NCBI GenBank assembly: GCA_965235115.1
Contig: OZ249441.1
Span: 8,246,001 to 8,310,000, forward strand
Reading direction: 5' to 3'
Source of the DNA: Laetmonice hystrix
Taxonomy: Eukaryota
DNA length: 64,000 bases
Positions 11,904-24,788 of the stretch are shown in pieces (positions within the stretch are counted from its first letter, which is position 1; every line of letters begins with the position of its first letter). Made by a program: the position numbers and the translations under genes. The notes beneath the pieces were generated by a model, which saw nothing but the letters and a program-made list of their open reading frames with translations, had not been told where the DNA came from and searched no databases.

Positions 11904-12027
11904 GGCCCGCTTCCTAAAATCTTAAGATCTTACTTAAGTTTAGGCTTAACGCTGTTGATTGGCTCGTCTAAGCAGAAGCATTAAGCCTAAACTTAAGTAT
12001 CGTCTTAAGATTTTAGGAACCGGGGCC
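11904..12027. mobile_element. Small foldback MITE with ~50-bp TIRs starting GGCC (PIF/Harbinger-like)
   Basis: Left ggcccgcttcctaaaatcttaagatcttacttaagtttaggcttaacgct versus reverse complement of right end ggccccggttcctaaaatcttaagacgatacttaagtttaggcttaatgct; possible 3-bp TSD CAG (boundary ambiguous). Confidence 0.8.
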
Positions 12028-13323
12028 AGGAGTCTGAACTAGTTAATGGATGGCCAGTTCCACCGAGAGTTTGTTCATGGGGGTAAGGTATCTATTTGAT
12101 ACTGTGACTCAATCCCCATCCCGCGCTATCCGACACAAACGTTAGGTGAAGAATAAGTTTGTGACCAATTCGAGAGTACCCTGCGGCACTGGTTGGAAGG
12201 GTTCCCCACCTCTCATCCGTTCCGGGAAACCCCTGTCCCTGTCCCCGCTCGGGTAGAAGACAATGCCAGCGTGTTCCGCCGAACATGTCTGTACGTACGG
12301 GCGTACGAGGAACACACACGTGTGCTTTGTGCGATTGAGACCGATTGTCCGGTCGGTCTGAGACGGGTGACGACCGGAGGATGGAAGGCAGGAAGGATGG
12401 GAGGAGGGATTTAACGGGCCTGGGAGTCGGGTTCAGGTGGCAAGTATGGAATCCGAGATCACTGACGGGTTGAAGGGGTGATGCTGGGGGTAAGATAAAC
12501 TGATACTTCCTGATCCCTGACCTACTTTGATCAGTCAATGCCCCCTCCAGGATCCAAGTCATCAAATAGATCCCGAGGCGGGAAATGAATGCTGCCTGAT
12601 CTGGTAGGGCTGAGCCGCCGCCGGGCCCCGGCCGCCGGGCCCCGGCCCCCAGCCTATCATGGGTCTCCCGGGCCGCCCCTACCCGAACTGATCAGGGCCG
12701 GCAGCAGTGCCACTTGAATATAAAGGATTGCTTCTAGAGATTCCCACACATGGGGCGGGGACAGTCCGTAGTGGTGCACGGCTGAGCTCAGGAGTCACCA
12801 CCCTGTAAAACCGCAGAACGTCTGCGGCTTCTCAAGATGAAGAATACAAGAAGAGTTGTCCACATATCACGTTTTGATGGCACCTAGCCGCCCTGGGAGA
12901 AGGTGACATTATAAGTCTTGCCACACACACTTCATGATGTAAGCCTCCAAGCCTTCGTCCCAGGCTGGAGAATTGACTGCACTCTCTGTGTCTACCTAAC
13001 GTTTATTAGTGATTAGTGATATTCATTGATTACATATCAGTCATCAAGCTTTGGTATAATTATTACCCCACCAGGAGAACGTCTCCTAATATAAAACCAT
13101 ACAAGGAAAAGGAATGTGTGGGGAGAACAGACTAAACAGTGCATATATTACATAGGATACAAATAAACGTACTTTAGGGCATACGGGCAGAACTAGAATA
13201 TAAAAATATCATTAACCCTTTGTTCTTTAAAACCCGTATTTAGTATCTGGGGAAAAGGGAGATGACAAAAATCTCACATACACACCCTTCAAAGGAAACA
13301 AAACAAAAACCCACCATTCTCCG

Positions 13324-13770
13324 CTGACCAGTCACATATCAAACGTTACAGATGACTGACCAGTCATATAGCATGTTACAGATCACTGACCAGTCATATC
13401 GCACGTTACAGATCACTGACCAGTCATATCGCATGTTACAGATCACTGACCAGTCATATAGCATGTTACAGATCACTGACCAGTCATATCGCACGTTACA
13501 GATGACTGACCAGTCATATCACACGTTACAGATCACTGACCAGTCATATCGCACGTTACAGATCACTGACCAGTCATATCACACGTTACAGATCACTGAC
13601 CAGTCATATCGCACGTTACAGATCACTGACCAGTCATATCGCACGTTACAGATCACTGACCAGTCATATCGCACGTTACAGATCACTGACCAGTCATATC
13701 GCACGTTACAGATCACTGACCAGTCATATCGCACGTTACAGATCACTGACCAGTCATATCGCACGTTACA
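13324..13770. repeat. Tandem array, 30-bp unit (gatcactgaccagtcatatcgcacgttaca), ~15 copies
   Basis: Period 30; explains ORF 13352..13846. Confidence 0.97.
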
Positions 13771-14817
13771 CGTCAATACCTGTGAAATAACCACGCCCTT
13801 ACATACAAAGCCTTATCAAAATAACCAACCCACTCTAATAAAATGACCACACCCACTGAAATTAAAACGACTACACCCATTTAAAGCTACTCTATAGACC
13901 GCGGCTGTGCCCCTGTCCATTTGAGGAAACGCGTCAGTGTTTTTTGTTACTCCAAGGGTCAGTGGCGCTGGTACCAATAATCATGACGACTAGAGAAACA
14001 TAGATAGTGTGACTGGTGTGACGGGTGATCAATGCCGTCAGTGTGACGGGTCACCGTGAGATTACCCACTGCAGTCCGCAGCTGAGGCCAGCCCCCACCC
14101 CACCCCGCCCGGGTGTGAACAGACGCCCACTCGGACGTAACCTTGACAACACGCCCAGAACGCCGGCCCAGACGCCGCCCACTGTACCCACTGACCCCCT
14201 GCTCCAACCACCCAGAGAGAAACTGCTCCGACTCATAAAGTCGTGTTTCTTATCGCTATGAAAGGCTGGCCTTGGGCGAGGTGAGGCAATTTGGGACGAC
14301 AGGTGTCAAGGAAAAATGGACGGTAAGGGAGAGTTGGAGTGGTTGTGAATGGGGCGAGCTGAGGACTCTCGGGGCGGAGGGGGCGGGCGGGCGGGGCGGG
14401 GCGGCGGTGGGCGGGCGGGCGCTCTCTCCGACCAGCGGCAAGGCCAGGCCTATAATCTAATAATAGTGTCCTGAGGATCAGAGATCGATGAGTGAAAGGG
14501 TTGACTCGACCAGGAGCAGGTGGGTGGGAGGGTGGGGGTTGTGGCTCGAGGGTGACCGCATGTTTTCACCTCCCGTCACCAGGCGGAGCTGTCGTAGGGT
14601 GAGGGAAGAGTCCTCCCTTGAGGGCAATGACCTCAAGGACCTGTATGATGAGAATGGGGAATGGTTTCAGGAAATGTTGAAATTCTTCAGTTCAGGCATG
14701 CGGAGGTAGTCGTAAGTCTGCTGTCCAGGTAGTCGTAAGTCAGCTAGCAGGGTAAAAAGTAGGCGACCTAAATTGTAACTGGGAACATTGCAAACAGCTC
14801 GATCTGTCAGCCTCTTA

Positions 14818-15137
14818 GCACCATTCATGGCGTTTTCTATCGGCCTTTCGGATTGGGTCATGAGTTTAAGGCACCATTCACGGCGGTTTCTATCAGTCTT
14901 TCGGATTGGGTCATGAGTTTAAGGCACCATTCACGGCGTTTTCTATCAGTCTTTCGGATTGGGTCATGAGTTTAAGGCACCATTCACGGCGTTTTCTATC
15001 AGTCTTTCGGATTGGGTCATGAGTTTAAGGCACCATTCACGGCGGTTTCTATCAGTCTTTCGGATTGGGTCATGAGTTTAAGGCACCATTCACGGCGTTT
15101 TCTATCAGTCTTTCGGATTGGGTCATGAGTTTAAGGC
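14818..15137. repeat. Tandem array, 53-bp unit, 6 copies
   Basis: ccattca at 14821, 14874... Confidence 0.95.
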
Positions 15138-16955
15138 AAGAAGATGGATGGGAATCCAGGACTGATCAGTAGATCCGAAAAAGCCTCAAATTTAAAGTCA
15201 GTTCACTAATTATATCTTGAACTTTCCATTTCCTTTAAAAAATAGTTGTCGTTCATTAGTTATGGGGAAGAGATGTCAAAGGTGAGCCTTTGTCATTGTG
15301 TAAGAAACTCTGCCCCCTGTAAGATATCTCTAGTCTGTACAATGTGATGATGTCGGCCTGATGCCCTCTCCAGGCCTCATTTAATCCCAGACCTCCTAGC
15401 AACTTGACCTCCGAAGCATCGATGATCAAAAACATCAGTATGCAGATTAGTAATGGGCGCAAGTAAACAAAAAGATTCAACATGTGTTTTCTACAAAGTA
15501 CATTTAACAAGCCCCGTCTTGAATTCATTGTTTAATTCATTGTTTAATTCAATGTTTAATTCATTGTTGTATGATTTTGTTTCAGGATTGTTAGCCTCTA
15601 GTTGATCTAGTAGATAAAGAATATTTCTCCATTTTTTCAGGTATGTGCCGTTGGATTCGTGTAGTTGTAGCTGGGAGTTGACAAGTAAGTTATCAAGTAA
15701 TAGTTGCTAGTGTAGTCAATGGAGCACGTTGTCACGGATGTCCGGTGTCTGTCGTCGCTCTAGGGCCGGTGTACATGTAACTTGTTTGATGTTGACTAGC
15801 CCTGCAGGTTTAGCATTACGATGAATGAGTTCTCTGGCTCGCAATTATAGGATTTCTGTACTGTGGGGTTCATACTCCATTCGTGTCTCCTTCAATGTGG
15901 GCAGTGTGCCAGTAACTTCTTGTACTCCGGTTCCTGAGAGATGAGACCGTGGGGTTTTCTGAGATATAAAACCCTAATCAGTCCAAAAGCCAATGGTGAC
16001 AGGCTTAGCAAGAACCACAGATGATTGCCTGGCTCGTAGCCTGATGACCACTTCAAAGTTCCTACCCCATCTGGCGGCTAGTCAGACACAGGTCGACAAT
16101 TTGTACTACCTTCGCCGTTTTAATTAGGGTAACAGCATGTGGCGGCCTTTAATCCTCGGACAGAGTGGCAGCGAGGCCGTGACAGAGCTTCTTAGATTGG
16201 ATAATCTAGGCTCGCATCGTCTTAATCAGGACCATGTTAATGTGAACACTACGCTATCAATGTTAACTTGGTTGAGAAAAATGTCGCAGTTCTTCCAAAA
16301 ATTAATTTAAAACGGAATGAAGCCTTTCCAAAAGGTGTTGAGAGATCCCAGCAAAGGTAACACATATGGTTGGTGGTGCCTCAAATGGAAATTACCGACC
16401 CTGTTTACCTCTATGACCTCCTTCCGGTCTGGAGTTGGCAGTGTTTTTAAAACTAGGCTGTTAAAGACACGTGACCTTCACGTCACGTAGCGTCCGTCTG
16501 GCCCGTTTTACTAGCGTCCACTGCCCCCCTGGACTGCGGCGACTACTTGCACGTGCACGGATCCGTCCCAGCAGGCTGTGTGGTGGCGGGGAGCTAGACC
16601 GCACATCAAGGCCGTTCGCTGGGTCATGTGTCTATAATCTCCTTGAGGAAAATGTTAACATGGACTTGTCAGCGCACGTCACTGGACCGCTCTAACGCCG
16701 GCGGCAGACCTAAGTAGAATGTCCAGGGAGTTAACGTTAACTGAGATGACAAAAAAATAACTGCTGTACGTGGAGAACAGGTAAAGTGCCAACAGAGTAA
16801 CTTGGAGTGCTCGTGGGAGTCACTCATGCCTCGCTGTGCCTTAACGGCTATTAAAGGTGCTTTTCCATTGGCGGTTGGGGGGGGGGGGGTTGACCAGTCG
16901 GTAGAACTATTGAAGCCCTTGTAATCCTGCCAAACATAGACATTAAAAATAGATT

Positions 16956-17575
16956 CTGTACCATCAGTAAGACGCTATCACAGCCTGACACCAACCTGTA
17001 CCATCTGTGAGACTCTGCCACAGCCTGGCACCAACGTGTACCATCTGTAAGACGCTATCACAGCCTGACACCAACCTGTACATTGAAAGTAAAGTCGGTA
17101 CCATCTGTGAGACGCTATCACAGCCCGACACCAACCTGTACCATCTGTGGGACTCAACCACAGCCTGACACCAACCTGTACCATCTGTGAGACTCAATCA
17201 CAGCCTGACACCAACCTGTACCATCTGTGAGACTCTACCACAGCCTGACACCAACGTGTACCATCTGTGAGACGCTATCACAGCCTGACACCAACGTGTA
17301 CCATCTGTGAGACTCTACCACAGCCTGACACCAACGTGTACCATCTGTGAGACTCTACCACAGCCTGACACCAACCTGTACCATCTATGAGACTCTACCA
17401 CAGCCTGACACCAACGTGTACCATCTGTGAGACTCTACCACAGCCTGACACCAACCTGTACCATTTATAAGACTGTGTGCCATCTGTCAGCCTCTACTAT
17501 AGCATGACACCAGACTGTACTATATGAGACTCTACCATAGTCAGACACCATCATGTGCCATCTGTCAGACTCAGT
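16956..17575. repeat. Tandem array, 40-bp unit (gtaccatctgtgagactctaccacagcctgacaccaacct), ~15 copies, degenerate right edge
   Basis: Period 40. Confidence 0.95.
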
Positions 17576-18011
17576 ACGCCAAAGTCTAACTCTGTCCCGT
17601 ACTTCACTCATACATTATGAATGTCCCTACAAAAGCTGACTGATGTCAAGGTGCCAGAATATGGCTGTAGACGTGAACTTGTTTATGGTATGTCGTCCTG
17701 GCTGCTTGTCTAGACAAAGGTTTATAAATATGGGCGGTGTTCTATGGTTTCCTTGTCTTCTCCGGTCGAATGTATAATGTAGGAGAGCAGGATATTGCCC
17801 TCCGTCACTGTACCTGTCCATGGTCTTTATGTGGACAACGCCATCGGAACTATAGACGTACAATAGGTACTTCCTTCATCTACATTGTAAGCGTGCCAGC
17901 ATTGTGTTACAAATAGTTATGGATGGATAGGTGCCAGTGTGTTACAGGTGGGAATGACAGAAAAAATCAACCATGTTACAAACAGGCACGACAAAATAAT
18001 CTCTGTGTGTA

Positions 18012-18226
18012 CCACCAAACAGGGATAGAAATAACATTTGTGGATACTATCTTACAAACAGGGGTATCAGAAACACTTTTGTGGATACCACCTTACAAAT
18101 AGGGATGTCGGAAACACTTTTATGCATACCACCTTACAAACAGGGATAGAAATAACATTTATGGATACCATCTTACAAACAGGGGTGTCAGAAACACTTT
18201 TGTGGATACCATCTTACGAACAGGGT
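18012..18226. repeat. Degenerate tandem repeat, ~37-39-bp unit, ~6 copies
   Basis: Recurring atacca(c/t)cttacaaacaggg motif. Confidence 0.75.
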
Positions 18227-18814
18227 TTCTGTTTGCCTTTCACTCTACGGTCATGCAATATTAACTACTATGCAGATTACTTGTCAGCTGCAAAATTGTT
18301 TTAATGGGAAGCATGAAAATTAGATAAATTGTAAATATGTTATTTAGAATTCAAAATTGACGTCGGTTACTAATTTTGTCGTTGACTTTAACTTGATGTT
18401 AAGTTTAACTGAGGCCTTCTTGTTTAAACAAAAATTTAAATTAGGAGACTAGATTGTGAAAAGTGATCGATCATGGATAAGGACACCTGCTAATTGTGAA
18501 TTATTCAGTTTTGTATTATTTGAGAGGCATGGTGAGAACTTTTAACTGTAAATGTCCCCCAGTCTGCCCAACTCGATTAGCAGTAAAACCAGACGCGTAT
18601 TTCGGGAAGCATGGCAAGTGACTTAAATTTATGACTTTAGGCTGGAGAAGAACGGACAGGTGACCCAAGAAGTTTAGAAACAAGTCAATCTTGAGTCGGT
18701 TTGCTGATCCCATGGGCCCCACATTTTGTACTTTCTTACGTTACCCTCTTTAGTTTATTAAATTATCATCTTAAGCCAATTAACCGTTCGAGGTCGAACG
18801 TCAGTACGTGAGAG

Positions 18815-20130
18815 ACTGCCAAGTATCAGTTCTCGTTTCTCTGCATACATTTAATACTGGACCAGACCAGGTACGGACGAGGATTTCAACTGTCCTGTAT
18901 CAGTTCTCGTTTCTCTGCTTACATTTAATACTGGACCAGACCAGGTACGGACGAGGATTTCAACTGCCAAGTATCAGTTCTCGTTTCTCTGCTTACATTT
19001 AATACTGGACCAGACCAGGTACGGACCAGGATTTCAACTGCCAAGTATCAGTTCTCGTTTCTCTGCTTACATTTAATACTGGACCAGACCAGGTACGGAC
19101 CAGGATTTCAACTGCCAAGTATCAGTTCTCGTTTCTCTGCTTACATTTAATACTGGACCAGACCAGGTACGGACCAATCTAATTAAAATTAGATCTTAGT
19201 TATTTCGCATGCGCTCCATACTAGGATCTAACGGCATCCCGTATGGGGTCACCTCAGGCTGCCCTTTGACCCAGATTCCAGTGTGCCGTTGAAAATGCCT
19301 ACGAGCGCACACCGAAGATTTCGTAGGCGACTCGCTGATTGGCTGAATCCAGAGGTCAACCTGAGGTGACCCCTAATGGGATTTCCTTAGATCTAGGTAG
19401 CCTATGGAGCGCAGACAGCACTGACACAGCCGAGAGAGACGCGGAATAGGCCTACCAAGATCTAATTTTAATTAGATTGAGGTACGGACGAGGATTTCAA
19501 CTGTCCTGTATCAGTTCGCGTTTCTCTGCTTACATTTAATACTGGACCAGACCAGGTACGGACGAGGATTTCAACTGTCGAGTATCAGTTCTCGTTTCTC
19601 TGCTTGTAAACATTTAATACTGGACCAGACCAGGTACGGACGAATATTTCAACTGTCCTGTATCAGTTCTCGTTTCTCTGCTTACATTTAATACTGGACC
19701 AGACCAGGTACGGACGAGGATTTCAACTGTCCTGTATCAGTTCTCGTTTCTCTGCTTACATTTAATACTGGACCAGACCAGGTACGGACGAGTATTTTAA
19801 CTGCCAAGTATCAGTTCTCGTTTCTCTGCTTACATTTAATACTGGACCAGACCAGGTACGGACGAATATTTCAACTGCCAAGTATCAGTTCTCGTGTCTC
19901 TGCTTACATTTAATACTGGACCAGACCAGGTACGGACGAGGATTTTAACTGTCGAGTATCAGTTCTCGTTTCTCTGCTTACATTTAATACTGGACCAGAC
20001 CAGGTACGGACCAGGATTTCAACTGCCAAGTATCAGTTCTCGTTTCTCTGCTTACATTTAATACTGGACCAGACCAGGTACGGACGAGGATTTTAACTGT
20101 CCTGTATCAGTTCTCGTTTCTCTGCTTACA
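18815..20130. repeat. Tandem array, 74-bp unit, interrupted by a MITE
   Basis: caactgccaagtatcagttctcg at 18961, 19035...; array resumes after 19489. Confidence 0.97.
19175..19479. mobile_element. 305-bp foldback MITE with 23-bp perfect TIRs and a 10-bp TSD (MULE/Mutator-like TSD length)
   Basis: caatctaattaaaattagatctt / aagatctaattttaattagattg; aggtacggac duplicated at 19165-19174 and 19480-19489; inner inverted pairs gcgctccata/tatggagcgc and ggggtcacctcagg/cctgaggtgacccc. Confidence 0.92.
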
Positions 20131-23100
20131 TATAACACTAGGAAAGGCCACAGTTGAACTTCTTTTGTTCTCAACCAATCAGATACTAACTGTGATGTCA
20201 TGGAGCAGTGACTTTATTCTGGGCCATTCAACAGCTGAAATTCCAAATCGGAAACGGAAAATCAGGAAACGGGATCCGTTTCCTGTTCTGTTAACCACTT
20301 GACTCCGAACATCTTAAGACAGATTCATGAATAGTCTTCTATATTGATATATTCGGGAAAAGTTCTCATTGATCACAATACTGCAGCGGATGCCTATAAC
20401 ATGCGAAGGCGGTCCTCTAGAGCCAGTGGTTTGGTCGAAATCAATTTTAACACGGTATTTTTTATTTTAACTTATATTGGCTGAAATGCCGTGAACTGAA
20501 TCATGAGTCTTGTTTCATCTAGAATGTCAGGCGATGCATGACGTATTCATGCCGGGAATGGGAATATTCTGAACAAGGTTATGCATTTAAATGTGACTAA
20601 TCCACTTACCATGAAACGCAAGGGTTCTTCAGCCTCTAGAGAACGTACGGGTAATTAGGAATGTGTGTGTTGAAATGAGCAGGCTAATGTCTTGATCAAG
20701 GCGGCTTGGAGCGTTACCTGACTCAGCCAGGCTTGATTGCCTCCATGGAATCAGACACTGTTTTATGGGGTCATGGTTTGAATTGAAGAACAGCAGAAAA
20801 TGCGTTTCCTAATGAAGTCATGGAGCTATAGTAGAAAGAGATGATACCAAGTTAATTCATTGCGTCTCTTTACAACACTGAGATGTGGGGCAGTTTAATA
20901 AAATGTTGAAAACCTGTGTCGGGTTAGGTTTAGAGCTAGGAAATGTGATGAACTTTGGAGTTGTTTCCACCAGATTTCGTGTAGGGTGACGTGCATCCTG
21001 GAGCTCGTACCGTGGTTACATCTTCGGCCTCTCTCAGCTGTTGCTCCGAACAATATGTGTTTCATAACAAAAAATCAACAATTTTTTTGGGTCCGTTTTC
21101 TGTCTCAACTTTCCACTGATACGTGCCGTCGATTTGTTGAACGAGACTGTGGCAGCCTGCAGACTAGAGGTCCTGTATTCCATGAGGACTCGGAGGGTTC
21201 TCCGGTTATATGAGAACCTGGCTATCCCACCCATCCAGTGAGGGGGAGGATGACAGCGGACTGTACTCATGTCATCGCCCCACGCTGTGTGTATAGACGA
21301 ACTCCAAACTTCTTGTTTTCCGTTATGGGATAGAGATTAAGCTAATTGAGAGGCTCTCACTGATATTGTGGCTAGTCTGGTCCATGATTGTTGACAGCCA
21401 GCTGTAGTAGAGGCATCAAGCCGTAGACCTCTGCTCTGATTCATCTTGTGAGACATTACCGTTTATGTCACTTGATGTATTTTGATGGCAGACATTCTGC
21501 CCCATGGGAGGACATTGTAGGCTGGGTATACGATCACCGAGCCAGGCCTGAGACTGCCTGTCTACAGAGGGGCCGCCCCCTCCCTCTCAGCAGATAACCA
21601 ACGTATTTAGAATGTAAATGTAAGCATCACAAAACATAAGTGTTCCCGACTCACGATATGGCGGGATGAACATGGCGAGAGACGCCTGGGGCAGATGATA
21701 TTCGATTCGTCTGTGTTTTAAAAAGAGCGGGCAGATTTTTTTATAATCATCTCGGTTTTTTTAATAACCATTACTTAAAATCGGTGACCTTAGTCGAGGT
21801 AAGTTCTGAATGATCATTTGACTAACATTTTGAATGATTCATGTACATTATTATTGGAGTATAATCCTTAATGATATCGTACATGTTGTACTTTATTGTT
21901 TGTACGTAATAATTCCCCCTTTGATGACTGTATATCCGTTCATCTGATGGTATGTTCACTAATGAACAATATGCTACAAACTAATAACTCGTTTTCTGTC
22001 GTTCTGTGGCCAGAGTTCTGGCTAACCACATGTACACATTAAATTACGTAACAACACCTATAAACCAATGAATTATGGAAATGCTGATTCCTGATATTGC
22101 CAAAGGATTCTTCACACATCTGAATCTTGTTTACCTCTTTACATCATGAAATGAAATGTTCTGTCGTCATTGTTAAATTTGTCAGTTTAGAACAGTTTGA
22201 CAAGCAGTACGCGGGATGGCTGGTAACACAACATCAGATTATGATCGGCCGTTTTGCTCTATAATACAGTTTTAAGAAGTGTGAGTTTTTTTTATATTAC
22301 TCTGAGAAACTATTTACCACATCCGTGTGGAAAAATTCTAGCAAATGGAGTCTTTCATTATAAAACTGCAACGTTGCTTTTCTGTAGATGTATAGGTAGT
22401 GAAACGTGTGAAAGAAATATTCCTTTCAATTGACAAAAATAACGAACGAAATAAAGAAGAGAAAATGGGATAGCAATGCGCCATGATCACTCGTAGCGAA
22501 AAGTAATATCTTCATTAACTGAAAGAGAATTAAGAAATCGCTCTGATTATGGACTAGAGAGCTACAGTCAGCGTTTAGCGGTAGGATGTGGGCGATTGGG
22601 GATCTCCACACGTCTCTGTACACAGGAAACGGAAGGGGGACGCCCTCTGGCGGTGATTGTCTGGCTTGGTAGGATTGAAGAGGGGAGTAAATGCGGGGGG
22701 TCGTTATGAGGGGGTTGGGGGGTCGTTATGAGGGGGTTGGGGGGTCGTTAGGGAGGTGGGGGGGGGGAGGTCTGGTAGCGTACTATGGCCAGGTTACTAT
22801 TAGAAGCCACTGTTTACTCACACAGAGAACAAATTGTTGTCAAACCTTCCTTCAGAATCTCTCCCAGTCATGTTGGATTATTGTACACGTACAGATCCTT
22901 GCGAATAGTAACGATTCTCTACTCGTTATAATAATCAGAACATAAAAATGCCATTAGAATTGAAGTTAGCATGTTGTGGTACACATGGCTGTAAACATAG
23001 GTAGTGAATTCGTTACACTTCAATGTGAAAGGTGAGAATAGTCAGTAGTCTGTTGAAAGTGATTTAGTTGGAGCCATTTTGTAGGATATGAAAAGAGCAA

Positions 23101-24095
23101 AGGACTTTGTGCGCTGTGTGCGGTAGTTGGTTGGGGCGGTAGGTTGGCAGCTGTGTGCGGTAGTTGGTTGGGGCGGTAGGTTGGCAGCTGATGATGATGG
23201 TGGGAGGGTGCCAGGGCAGGTAGTAGGGGGGATGGACAGGAGTTATTAGGTGCACAGGTGTGTATATTGCCAGGTAAATGATCACCATTTCCTATGCCGA
23301 CACGGTCCCCCATCTGCGCAGCAAGCTGTCTCCGGAGTTTGGTGAGCGGTCCGGACATGGAGGGTATGGCAATGGTTTGGATTAGTTTTCAAGATCAGGA
23401 GGGGGGGGGGGGAGTTGAGTGATCTTGAATGACCGGGCGTGCGGCTGGTTGACGCCGTACAAAGACTGTGGTGGGGGTCGGGGGGGGGGGGGTGTCGGTG
23501 TACGCTGGCCGGGGGGGGCAGGTAGTTCCGGGTATCGCCGCAGGGTGGCGCTGGCGATCCAGCGGAGTGATGCCATCAAGGTGAGTGGAATGGATCACTC
23601 AGAAAAGGTCTTCATAACGACCGCGTGATTTAGCTTACCTAATCCTCCTCCTCATTAAAAGGACTTCATCTGGAAGTAAAAGGCATCCGGATTTAGAACA
23701 AAATTGGCCCGGAGAGCGGAATGATATCGATGAATACTAAACCAAATCTGATGTGTACATTGCTGGAGCCAAAATAATCACGAATTGCTGTACATTGCCT
23801 GCGGTGGAATGGCGCTAATGTATAACATTGCCTCAGCTAACAACAACTCATTTCTCATTGATAGATTAGGAAACCTGTTCATTAGACCACACCCGTTACG
23901 CCGCTATAGTAGAGGTTTCCACTGGGAGTGGTCTCTGTGACTGACCACAGATTGCCTCTGATACTGGACCGAGTAATGTCTTTGTTTCACCCCATCGGGC
24001 GTCGGCTTTCAGGGGTCTGAAGGGGTTTCAAATAGGGTCCTTTGATCCCATCAACAGAAGGAGGAACTGGAAGAGTGCAGGACCGCCTCCAGTAC

Positions 24096-24331
24096 TCAGT
24101 GGGCAGGTCGGGGTCAAGGAGTCAGTGGGCAGGTCGGCGTCCAGGAGTCAGTGGGCAGGTCGGCGTCCGGGAGTCAGTGGGCAGGTCGAGGTCCAGGAGT
24201 CAGTGGGCAGGTCGGGGTCCGGGAGTCAGTGGGCAGGTCGGCGTCCAGGAGTCAGTGGGCAGGTCGGCGTCCGGGAGTCAGTGGGCAGGTCGAGGTCCAG
24301 GAGTCAGTGGGCAGGTCGGCGTCCGGGAGTC
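24096..24331. repeat. Tandem array, 26-bp unit (ggagtcagtgggcaggtcggcgtcca), ~9 copies
   Basis: gtcagt at 24121, 24147... Confidence 0.93.
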
Positions 24332-24440
24332 GGGGTGCGTTTTCATCAGGTGGGGTTCACGGGGTGAGGGGTCTGCCACGACCCGACGAGCCGTTGGATT
24401 GGGTGCCGGGCGGGGTGCCGGGCGGGGTGCCGGTCCATAC

Positions 24441-24597
24441 CCATAATGCCACGGGAGCCAGCGTTCTTCCACCCGGCCCGCGTGACCAGAGCATTGATCC
24501 CACGGTCCTCACAATGCATCACTCCGGGCCTGATTGTCTCAGACAGCTGTGGGAGGTATTTATAGACCCAACCACGTTTGCCATTGGCTTTGTACCC
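24441..24597 (-). CDS. Candidate 157-nt internal exon (GYKANGKRGWVYKYLPQLSETIRPGVMHCEDRGINALVTRAGWKNAGSRGIM), product unknown
   Basis: Stop-free frame between cag| and |gtatgg; G/C at ~60% of third positions; weak polypyrimidine tract; no family recognised. Confidence 0.3.
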
Positions 24598-24788
24598 CTG
24601 CAGGCCCGTGTGTTGTTACCCTGCTATATAGTCAGGACCAGGGTCCAGTCGTGACCGCCAAGACAAACGGACAGGGGTGATCGGAAGTAAGGAGGGGGTG
24701 GGGGTTTAGGGGGTCTGGTTGGCACGGTAACAGGGGCCTGGCACGGCAATGGTCAGTTAGGATCCTGGACCAGCGACAAAACATGCCA

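Noticed and set aside
16041-16070. CTGATGA hammerhead-ribozyme core
   Set aside because: No properly placed GAAA or supporting stems.
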